Positions 55,684 through 64,000 of a stretch of DNA of 64,000 bases are shown here, piece after piece. The notes under the pieces are model-generated. The model saw only the letters and a program-made list of their open reading frames with translations. It was not told where the DNA came from and ran no database searches. The translations under genes and the position numbers were made by a program. The stretch is from assembly GCA_963707985.1 (NCBI GenBank), contig CAVPRW010000032.1, positions 32,001 to 96,000 on the forward strand, given 5' to 3'. The DNA is from an uncultured Nitrospinota bacterium (lineage in GTDB: Bacteria; Tectomicrobia; Entotheonellia; J063; CAVPRW01). Numbering within the stretch: the first letter of the stretch is position 1; each line of letters opens with the position of its first letter.

Positions 55684-55956
55684 ATGAACAGAGCGGATCT
55701 GGTGACGCGCATTTCCAAGGACGCGGAAATAACCAAGCGAGAAGCCGAGAAAGCGTTGAACGCCCTCGTCGATAGCGTCCAGGAGGCCTTAAGCAAGGGT
55801 GACAGCGTCACATTGGTGGGATTCGGCACATTTTCCGTGATGTCACGTGCGGCTCGCAAGGGGCGTAATCCCCAAACCGGACGCGAGATCTTCATCCCTG
55901 CGAGCAAAACACCGAAATTTCGAGCGGGGAAAAGCCTGCGGGAGGCGGTCAGGTAG
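55684..55956 (+). CDS. hup: HU family DNA-binding protein
   Basis: MNRADLV...VTLVGFGTF...RKGRNPQTG...PKFRAGKSL. Confidence 0.97.
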   Translation: MNRADLVTRISKDAEITKREAEKALNALVDSVQEALSKGDSVTLVGFGTFSVMSRAARKGRNPQTGREIFIPASKTPKFRAGKSLREAVR

Positions 55957-55967
55957 GACAGCTAAGC

Positions 55968-55986
55968 CAGCCTCGCAGCGAGGCTG
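55968..55986. terminator. Hairpin downstream of hup
   Basis: CAGCCTCG-cag-CGAGGCTG between convergent hup and purN. Confidence 0.5.
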
Positions 55987-56086
55987 ATTGGGTCCCGTTC
56001 CGCGATGCCCTTCCTTGGCGTTGCTGTTTCAGGAATCGATGAGCTCTCCGGCAAAGTCGATGCCCCAGCATGCCATCGACACTAGG

Positions 56087-56764
56087 TTACTGCTCCTTTC
56101 CCAGGGCTCCATCAGGCCTCGTGATCGGGGAAGGAGCTGCCTCCAAGATATTGACCCACCTCCCTTGCACGTGCAATCGGCCCTCGGCGAAGAGCTGTAT
56201 GACATCGGGGTAGGCTGTTTGTTCCTCAAGCGCTACCCGTGCAGCTAACGACTCGGGCGTGTCATGGTCCAGAACCGGTACGACGCGCTGCAGAATGATC
56301 GGCCCGTGATCGTATTCCTCGTCGGCAAAATGCACGGTGCAGCCACTGACCTTGACACCATAGGCGAGCGCCGCCTGATGCACACGCATCCCGTAAAACC
56401 CCTTCCCACAGAAGGAGGGAATGAGTGAGGGATGGATATTGATGACACGTCCCCGGTAGTGGGGGGCATAGTGAAAGACGCGGAGGAAGCCAGCTAAAGC
56501 GATGAGCTCTGGCGCGTACCGATCGAGCGTCCGGTTTAATTCAACGTCAAACGCCTGGGCATCTCGATACGCCTTCCACGGAACGCACATGGCCTCCAAG
56601 CCATGGCGTTTGGCCCGCACGAGGCCGTATGCATCGGGGTGGCTGCTGATGACCACGACAATCGACGCCGAAAGCTTTCCGGCCTCGATGTGATCGATGA
56701 GATTCTGCAACGTCGTACCGCCCCCTGACAGGAGAACGGCCAGGCGCAGCGGCGGCCGACTCAC
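56087..56764 (-). CDS. purN: Phosphoribosylglycinamide formyltransferase
   Basis: LAVLLSGGGTTLQ, INIHPSLIPSF, SGCTVHF, DHGPII. Confidence 0.96.
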   Translation of the reverse strand: MSRPPLRLAVLLSGGGTTLQNLIDHIEAGKLSASIVVVISSHPDAYGLVRAKRHGLEAMCVPWKAYRDAQAFDVELNRTLDRYAPELIALAGFLRVFHYAPHYRGRVINIHPSLIPSFCGKGFYGMRVHQAALAYGVKVSGCTVHFADEEYDHGPIILQRVVPVLDHDTPESLAARVALEEQTAYPDVIQLFAEGRLHVQGRWVNILEAAPSPITRPDGALGKEQ

Positions 56765-57702
56765 GACAAGGGTCCCAGTACAGCCGCCAGTTCCTCCTTC
56801 ATGGCCAGAACGGCGGCTCGAGCGGCCTCAGGAAAGTGCTCTTCGCCGAAGGTCCGATGGGTTTGCTGGCGGTAGGCGTACAGAATGGCGCGTGAGGAAT
56901 TGATGATGGCACCATAGCCATCAGCCGCGAAGCAGGCCTGGACATCCGCTGCACCGGCACCCTGGGCGCCATAGCCGGGGACCAGAAAATAGGTCTGGGG
57001 CATCAGCTGACGCAACCGCGCGGCCTCCGTCGGGTACGTAGCCCCCACCACGGCCCCCACAGCCTGATAGCCTCGTTTACCCTCTGTCCCAAGCCCCCAC
57101 TGCTGAATCAGACTGGCCAACCGTTCGTAGAGTGGCTGGCCATCGACGAGGAGATTTTGCACCTCACCCGAGGTCGGGTTGGAGGTCTTTACCAGGATGA
57201 ACAGGCCCTTGCCGTGCGCTCTTGCAGCGGTCACAAACGGTAGAATACCATCTCCCCCGACGTAGGGATTCACGGTGATCGCATCGGCTTCAAAACCCGG
57301 CGGCAACGTCACCCCAGGCAGACTCTGACCCAAATAGGCTGCAGCATACGCCTGCGCCGTCAGTTCGATATCGCCACGCTTGACGTCGGCAATGACGATG
57401 AGCCCACGCTGTCGGGCTTCTCGGAGCGTCTCAGCGAACACCTCCATTCCCGCGGGTCCGAACGCTTCGTAAAAGGCCACCTGGACCTTCACAATGGGTA
57501 TGTGTGGGGCCAATACATCCAACAGGCGTAGGTTAAACTCCCGTATCGCCAAACTTGCCGCCCGATGGGTCTCCCCATAGCGCGTGAAATAGGATCGGAC
57601 CAGCGTCGGCGGCATGAGGTCGAGACGCGGATCGAACCCCACCGTAATGGGACATCCTTGGCGATCGATCGCTGCCATCAGCCTATCGGAAAATGTGTCC
57701 AT
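56761..57702 (-). CDS. pyrF: Orotidine-5'-phosphate decarboxylase
   Basis: VGFDP, DVKRGDI, VKTSNP, VVGATYP, LVPGYGAQG, NSSR. Confidence 0.95.
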   Translation of the reverse strand: MDTFSDRLMAAIDRQGCPITVGFDPRLDLMPPTLVRSYFTRYGETHRAASLAIREFNLRLLDVLAPHIPIVKVQVAFYEAFGPAGMEVFAETLREARQRGLIVIADVKRGDIELTAQAYAAAYLGQSLPGVTLPPGFEADAITVNPYVGGDGILPFVTAARAHGKGLFILVKTSNPTSGEVQNLLVDGQPLYERLASLIQQWGLGTEGKRGYQAVGAVVGATYPTEAARLRQLMPQTYFLVPGYGAQGAGAADVQACFAADGYGAIINSSRAILYAYRQQTHRTFGEEHFPEAARAAVLAMKEELAAVLGPLS

Positions 57703-57750
57703 GGGAGAGACTCACGGGCTTCTTTCACAACTGCGTTCGCCGTCCATATC

Positions 57751-58374
57751 TCAGCACTCGATATCCAGCAGGTGGGCGATCTCATTCAGCGTGATCACAG
57801 ACCATTGATCGCCAGTCACGTCTAACGTATGAATCGAGGCATTGCCAAAGGAGAACTCACGCTGCTCGCCGTCGGCATTCCCGAGGACATAGTTGATGAA
57901 GACATTGCAGAGCCCACCATGGGTTACCACCACCACCATTTCTGCTGGATGCCGCCACGCGATCGTCTGTAATTCGGCCAGGGCACGGGTGAGGAGCTCG
58001 CTCCTGGTCTCGCCCTGAGGCGGTGAGAAATCCGTGGCACGGGCACGCCACATGGCAAACTGCTCCGGATAACGCGCCTGAATTTCAGCGCCGGTCAGCC
58101 CCTCCCATGCGCCATATTGCCGCTCGCGCAGCTGTGAAGAAGACACTGCCGTCAAGCCCAGCGGTGCCCCGATGATGGTTGCCGTTTCAAACGCGCGTGC
58201 CAGATCGCTCGAATACAACGCCTGGATCGGTTCGCGGGCGAGTCGCCGTGCCGCCCGCCGTGCTTGTAAGCGACCGGCCTCGTTCAGCGGTGTATCACTA
58301 TGCCCCTGAATACGGCCGGTGGCATTCCAATCGGTCTCACCGTGGCGCACGAGAAGAATACGGGTTGACTCCAT
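57751..58374 (-). CDS. Histidine phosphatase family protein
   Basis: LVRHGETDWN, SSDLARA, VTHGG. Confidence 0.93.
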   Translation of the reverse strand: MESTRILLVRHGETDWNATGRIQGHSDTPLNEAGRLQARRAARRLAREPIQALYSSDLARAFETATIIGAPLGLTAVSSSQLRERQYGAWEGLTGAEIQARYPEQFAMWRARATDFSPPQGETRSELLTRALAELQTIAWRHPAEMVVVVTHGGLCNVFINYVLGNADGEQREFSFGNASIHTLDVTGDQWSVITLNEIAHLLDIEC

Positions 58375-58376
58375 GG

Positions 58377-59769
58377 TTATGGCCGTTTCAGCCGAGGGCC
58401 GCGGGGGGTATCTTCGATGACGTATCCTAGCGTTGCGATCTGGGTTCGGAGGCGATCGGCGGTGGCGAAGTCGCGTCGCTTTCTGGCCACCTCGCGGTCC
58501 TGGGCCAGACGTTCAACGTCGGCGTCGACAGCGGTTTCTTCCGCGTCCAACAGCCCCAACACACGGTCGAATTGTCGCATCGTCGCCATGATGGCCTGTG
58601 CATTCTCCTGGCTTAATCGGCCATCGGCCAGGGACCGATTGACCTCGCGGACAAACTCGAAAATCGCCGCCAATCCAAGCGAGATATTGAGGTCGTCGTC
58701 CATGCCCTCTTCGAACTGTTGCAGCGCCTGACGAATCAACCCATCCACAGGCGTGCCTGTGCCCTCTGCCGTCCGCACATTAGCCATAAAATCCTGCAGG
58801 CGTTGCACGGCTGCCTCAGCGGCGACCAGACCGTCCAGGGTGAAGTTTTGGGTTTGACGATAGTGGGTCGACAGCAGGCTGTAGCGGATTGCCTTGGGCT
58901 TATGACCCCATTCTAACAAATCGCGCAGTGTATGGAAATTGCCCAGCGATTTCGACATCTTCTGATTATCCACGAGGAGAAACTGGCAGTGTACCCAGCG
59001 CTGCACGAAAAGTCGCCCTGAAGCCGCCTCGGATTGGGCGATTTCGTTCTCATGATGCGGGAAAATCAGATCGACACCGCCAGCATGGATATCGATGGGA
59101 GTGCCGAGATATTTCATGGCCATCACTGAGCACTCAATATGCCAACCTGGTCGACCTTTACCGAGTTCAGTCTCCCAATACACATCGCCATCCGCCTCGG
59201 TCCAACCCTTCCATAGGGCGAAATCGCGCACGTCTTCTTTCTCGTACTCGTCCGTATCGACACGGCCACTGGCACCGGCTTGCAGTTGACGATCCTGCAG
59301 ATGAGAGAGCTTGCCATAGCCTGGGAAGGCATCCACTTTGAAATACACCGAGCCTCCAGCTTGGTAGGCATAACCGCGTTCCAGGAGGCGTCTGGATCAG
59401 TGCCACCATTTCAGGGATATGCTCGGTGGCCGCTGGATAATGTTCGGCAGGCTCAATATTGAGGGTCTGCAAATCCTCGAAGAATGCCTTACTGTAGAAC
59501 TTGACATAGTCTACAAGAGAGGTATTCGCCTGGCGCGCCCCGCGAATCGTCTTGTCGTCAACGTCCGTGAGATTCATCACTTGCGTGACACGATATCCCT
59601 TGTAGCGCAGATAGCGCCGCATGACGTCGCACAGGACGAACGTGCGGAAGTTGCCAATGTGGGCGTAGTCATACACGGTGGGTCCACAGGTGTACACACG
59701 GACCTCTCCCGGATGAATCGGCTGGAATTCTTCCTTGGCGCGCGTCAAAGTATTATAGAGACGTAGCAT
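58377..59769 (-). CDS. cysS: Cysteine--tRNA ligase (frameshift near 59392, probably an assembly error)
   Basis: CGPTVY, HIGN, GRPGWHIEC, KMSKS. Confidence 0.96.
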
Positions 59770-60555
59770 GCTCTAAAATCCCTCGTTGTAAACGAACGCC
59801 TTGCCCCCCGTGCGGCAGGGGGACAACAGCCGTCAAGGTTGGCACGATGTCGGAGATCACATCGACCTGGGCGCACAGGTGGACATCATCCGTGAAGCCG
59901 AGCCCCACAAGCAATTGACCGTGGGATGATTGCAGAAACCCCTGCAGCAGGCCCGCCCTCTGGATCAGCTGTTGATACTGCTGAAATGATGGCGCGGAGG
60001 CCTGGTGGATGGGAAGACCTAGATGGACGGCAAGCGACCGTGGCACCGAGCCAATCCTCGTCGGCAATGACACTGGGGTCGGTCGCCAGGCCAGCTGGGA
60101 TAATGACGATCGGCACGTTCTCGGCTTGCGCCATGGCCTTCACCTGGCGCGCCACAGCGGTGGCATTAATCGTCGTGCCGACGGCGATCGCCGAGGCGCC
60201 AAGGCAATCGACCAAGCGTAGGGCACCCGTGGTCGAGGTGAAGGCCACCCGTTTGCCTCGGACATCAGCGCGCTGGATTTCGGTTGGGCTGTTACCGAAA
60301 TCGAAGCCGTCGACCTTCAGACCACCCCGCTCACCAATCAGCAGTGTATCAGGGATATGCCTCGCGATAGGCGTAGGCCTCATCTACTTCTTTTACCACC
60401 AGCACTTCAGCGGCACCTTGCTGGAGCAAGCAAGTGATCGTGGCACTCGCGCGTAAGGCATCGACCACGACCGCCACGGCCTTCTGCTCACGTGCCCAGC
60501 CACAGCCCTCCTCGCCCGACCTCAGGTGCACTTCCACACGGTGTGAAGATGTCAT
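59753..60555 (-). CDS. comB: 2-phosphosulfolactate phosphatase family protein (two frameshifts)
   Basis: VVDALRASATI, GERGG...FDFGNSP, TSTTG, EDWLGA spread over three frames. Confidence 0.85.
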
Positions 60556-61922
60556 CCTTTCACCTGTGTCAACGCCTCTGCCGTCCTTGTCGCCAGGAGG
60601 TCAGGAAAGAAATGCTTCGCATCACCGACGAGGTATAACGATCCGGTTACCAGGAGTAAATCGTCTGGCTGAGTTTCAGCGATCGCCTGTGCGAGCGCCT
60701 TCTCGGTGTCTTCTTCGGCGATGACATGATCACTCCACTTGGCCGCTAGGGTGGCAACTCGCTGCGGTGCAGCCGCGCGTGGCACCATCGCTCGTGTGGC
60801 CACCGTCATGGCCGCCATGGGCGCCAACTCCTCAATGATCCCTTCAAGATTCTTATTAGCCGAGATGCCCAAGACCAGGATCAAGCGTCGATATTGAAAA
60901 CAGGTCTTCAGCGCCTCGCGCAAGCAGCAAGCGGAATCGCGATTATGCGCTCCATCGAGAACAATCCAGGGCTGACGGCTCACGGTCTCCAATCGTCCCT
61001 CCCATTGCACCTGCCTAATCCCCCGGCGGATGCCGTCTACCGAAATCGGCAGATCCTGCCCCTGGAGTTGCTCGGCGGTGGCGATGGCGGTGGCGGCGTT
61101 CATCAGTTGATGCGGTCCGGCCAGCGGGATCTCCAAGGCAGGATATGATCGCGCCCCACCTTGCAGATCGAAAACACTGCCTTCCCAGCCATACGACAAC
61201 GGTTGCCAGCACCATTCCGCGGCCACATCATGCATGCGGGCCTGTTGCGCCGCACATATCTCACGGATCACCGTCAAGGCTTCCTGCCGCTGCGGCGCCA
61301 CCACTGCCAGGCCGTAGGGCTTGATGATCCCGGCTTTCTCACGGGCGATCTTGGGGATCGTGTCGCCCAGCACCTCCGTATGGTCGAGACTGATCGAGGT
61401 GATGACCGAGACCAGCGGCGTCGCGACATTGGTCGCGTCCAGACGCCCTCCCAAACCCACTTCGAGCACTGCGAGGTCCACTGCCGTGCGCTGGAAGTGT
61501 ACCAGTGCCATGGCAGTCAAAATCTCAAAGAAGGTCCGGTAACGACGCACCCCGTCCATCCCCGCGGCCTCGATGTGTGGGATCAGCTCACTCACGAGTG
61601 TGGCGAATTCCCCTTCGGAGATCATGTCAGCGTCGACACGGATGCGCTCACGGATCGAACATAGGTGTGGTGAGGTGTACAGGCCGACCTTCAGTCCGGA
61701 GGATTGGGCGATCGATGCGATCATGGCCGCAGTCGACCCCTTACCCTTGGTCCCGGCCACGACCACGGTTTTGAGCCGACGGTGGGGGTCGTTCAGGCGC
61801 GCCAGGAAACGCTCGAATTCTCTGAGATCGAAAGACTCTCGGGTATAGGAGACACCAGGTTGCCGTTCATAGTTGATGAACCTATCGAGATAGCTGAGGG
61901 ACTCCGCAAAGGTCAGGGACAT
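60552..61922 (-). CDS. folC: Folylpolyglutamate synthase/dihydrofolate synthase
   Basis: AGTKGKGST, YTSPHL, EVGLGGRLDATN, DGAHN, TGSLYLVG. Confidence 0.96.
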   Translation of the reverse strand: MSLTFAESLSYLDRFINYERQPGVSYTRESFDLREFERFLARLNDPHRRLKTVVVAGTKGKGSTAAMIASIAQSSGLKVGLYTSPHLCSIRERIRVDADMISEGEFATLVSELIPHIEAAGMDGVRRYRTFFEILTAMALVHFQRTAVDLAVLEVGLGGRLDATNVATPLVSVITSISLDHTEVLGDTIPKIAREKAGIIKPYGLAVVAPQRQEALTVIREICAAQQARMHDVAAEWCWQPLSYGWEGSVFDLQGGARSYPALEIPLAGPHQLMNAATAIATAEQLQGQDLPISVDGIRRGIRQVQWEGRLETVSRQPWIVLDGAHNRDSACCLREALKTCFQYRRLILVLGISANKNLEGIIEELAPMAAMTVATRAMVPRAAAPQRVATLAAKWSDHVIAEEDTEKALAQAIAETQPDDLLLVTGSLYLVGDAKHFFPDLLATRTAEALTQVKG

Positions 61923-61925
61923 GGT

Positions 61926-63465
61926 TCATTCCCCCCCAATCGCCGCCGCCTCGGCAAAGCGTTGCTTGACGAAGATGGGATCGAGCGTCGACAGGAACCA
62001 CCCCGCCCGCGGCCCCTGGCTTTTGCCGAGCAGAACGGCATAGATGGCTTTGAAGAGCAGATCGGGTTTGGCTCCAAGCTCATCCTTCAGGGTGTAGATC
62101 AGTTGGTGGATCTGCTCACCGGTCATGCCCGGCTGCAGGCGTTCCCCGAGCAGCTGCAAAGCCTGTTTTTGTTCAGGGGTTAACGTCGTGGGCGGTCGGC
62201 GGCAGCTGGTCCTGCACCTGGAAGCGCAGCTCCTCTGGGGCAAAGGTTTCCAACCAGCGCTGAGCATAGGCGGCACGTTGGCGCAGCCCATCGACGTTGT
62301 TCAGGTGGTAGCCATTGCGCCGCAATATCTCCATCCACTGCTCCATGTTGCCCTGTGCCGCTTGGACCACCGTCACCATGTGCCGAAAAGGCACCCCAAC
62401 TGGTTTGATGCCAGAGATCGCCGACAGTTCCAGGGCACGCGAGTCGCGGTTTTTGGCCTCGACATCGTCGTACTCATCGATCAGCTGGAGCAGAGGTAAC
62501 CCTGGGTCCATCTTGATGCTGCGCTTCGGCGGGACACGCAGGATGAGGTAGCGCAGGACTTCCGGCGGCACGACTTCGAGCATGGCATGGATGGACAGAA
62601 CATTGCCCTTGCTCGAAGACATATCCCCCTTGCCCGCCAGGCTTAGCCATTCGTATGGCACCGGAAATGGCGGTTCGATGCCGTAGATCTCCCGTGCGAT
62701 CCGCACGCCGGTGTCGTAGGAGCTTCCTTTTGAGGCGTGATCTTTGCCGAATGGCTCCACCGTTACGCCAAAGATCTTCCACCGTGCCGGCCAGTCAACA
62801 CGCCAGGTCAGTTTGCCGCCTCCCGCCATGGATACTGTGCCCTGCGCGCCACAACCACAGAGATAATCGACCGTGCGAGCTTCAGCCGAAAAGCCCACTA
62901 CTTTAGCCTGAGTGATGCGCCCACAAGTCGGGCAGCGAGGATTAAAGGGGCTCCAATCATCAGGGGTCTCGCGGCCGGTTTCCTCCTTCAGGATTTTCCG
63001 GATCTGGTCGCACTGCTGTAGCGCGACGACGATCGTTTCACTGTAGACACCAGCCTTATAGAGCTGGTCGGCACGGTGAACGGTGGGCCGAATGCCAAGC
63101 TGTTCGAGCGATCCTAAGAAGGGCGCTAGGAAGTGCTCCGCATAACTCGAATGCTGCCTACATGGGCAAGGGATTTCACTAAGCGGTTTACCGACCTCGT
63201 CCCCATAGCGCTGTGGATCGAGAAACGGATAAACATGGCGCAAGGGATCATAGGTATCCGCGATATACAGCAAGTGTGATTCATCCCCCCGCTCGGCGAG
63301 GACGCGGTGGATGGCATCGGCGGTCACCACTTCGCGCATGTTGCCGACATGAATCTCCCCCGAAGGTGTGATACCGGTGTTTACCACATGGCATCGACCA
63401 CGCTGGTTGATGATGTCGTCGGCGAGGAGATCCGCCCAGTGCCGTGCCTTCGATGTCGTCGTCAT
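61926..63465 (-). CDS. lysS: Class I lysine--tRNA ligase (frameshift near 62192)
   Basis: HWAD, TGITPSGEIHVGN, KLTWRVDWPARW, EPFGKDH, MSSSKGN, QGPRAGWF. Confidence 0.95.
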
Positions 63466-63759
63466 CGTCGATTCGTCCGCCCCGCGGTGCATCTGAGCAA
63501 CTCAGGTAAGGCTTGAGCCCTCAGGTGTATATCCGATAACCACACTGGTTGTGTGAGAGCTAGCACTCCATCTCCCTGCAAGTGTCTCGATACCATACTA
63601 TAAAATCGCTCCCCCAGCAATACCTTGCGGAAGAGCCGAGCGCATCTGGCGGGAAGGACTTGCTCATGTGCGAATCTGTATACCACCGGATGCAGGACAC
63701 TCCCTCTTTCCAGATCGTTAGGTGTCCGCTGTGAAAGCCCTCCGGTAGCCAGTAGAACG

Positions 63760-64000
63760 GCACAAAAGGCCGTGCGCCGTCCTCTTGAGTGGACCATCTC
63801 GATCCACTGTCTCAGAGCGCTGCTACTACACCCAAACTTCGTATCCCCCTCACCGAGCCCAAGCGCTTCGATGATCTGCCCGCAGCTGCAACCAGCCGTG
63901 TCGGGGCGGGTAAAGACTTTCCTTGGCCCTTTGCCTTTTGGTGGGGTCGTGTCAAAGATGGCGTCAGCGTCCGTTAACGCGAAGCGGTTCACACCAAGCT
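63760..64000 (-). CDS. Partial hypothetical protein (Cys-containing C-terminal region; starts outside the window)
   Basis: Open frame from the window end: LGVNRFALTD...DTAGCSCGQIIEALGLGEG..KFGCS; true stop uncertain. Confidence 0.4.

Noticed and set aside
63462..63760. Full 176-aa ORF overlapping the lysS start
   Set aside because: The C-terminal part looks non-protein-like and runs through the lysS upstream region; it is probably readthrough from a lost stop or an indel.
1..64000. CRISPR array or rRNA
   Set aside because: No regularly spaced direct repeats, cas genes or rRNA-like sequence were seen by eye.

Overview
GC-rich bacterial chromosomal window. Four luciferase-like monooxygenases, an AAA/cyclase remnant and the overall gene content suggest a Tectomicrobia/Entotheonella-like or similar environmental lineage (inference). 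The left arm (1-20 kb) holds lolC/E, prfB (programmed +1 frameshift), lnt and a run of redox/catabolic genes: LLMs, two ferritin-like diiron proteins, GNAT, FAD/Fe-S oxidoreductase, amidase and puuE. The middle (about 20-52.5 kb) is a mosaic accessory region ending at the 3' end of tRNA-Gly(GCC). It contains a DUF433/DUF5615 TA pair, a damaged Avs3a/Avs3b-like antiviral STAND locus, and a defence-like cluster (HNH fusion, PD-(D/E)XK nuclease with an acidic partner, TIR, TIR-FGE). It also carries phage/satellite remnants, two IS elements with readable ends, and structured non-coding tracts. The right arm (52.8-64 kb) is housekeeping (hup, purN, pyrF, cysS, comB-like, folC, class I lysS) and includes a DsbA/FrnE-like gene with an in-frame UGA in its CxxC motif plus a SECIS-like hairpin, a probable selenoprotein. 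Single-base insertions in essential genes indicate long-read-type assembly errors, so many frameshifts may be artefacts.
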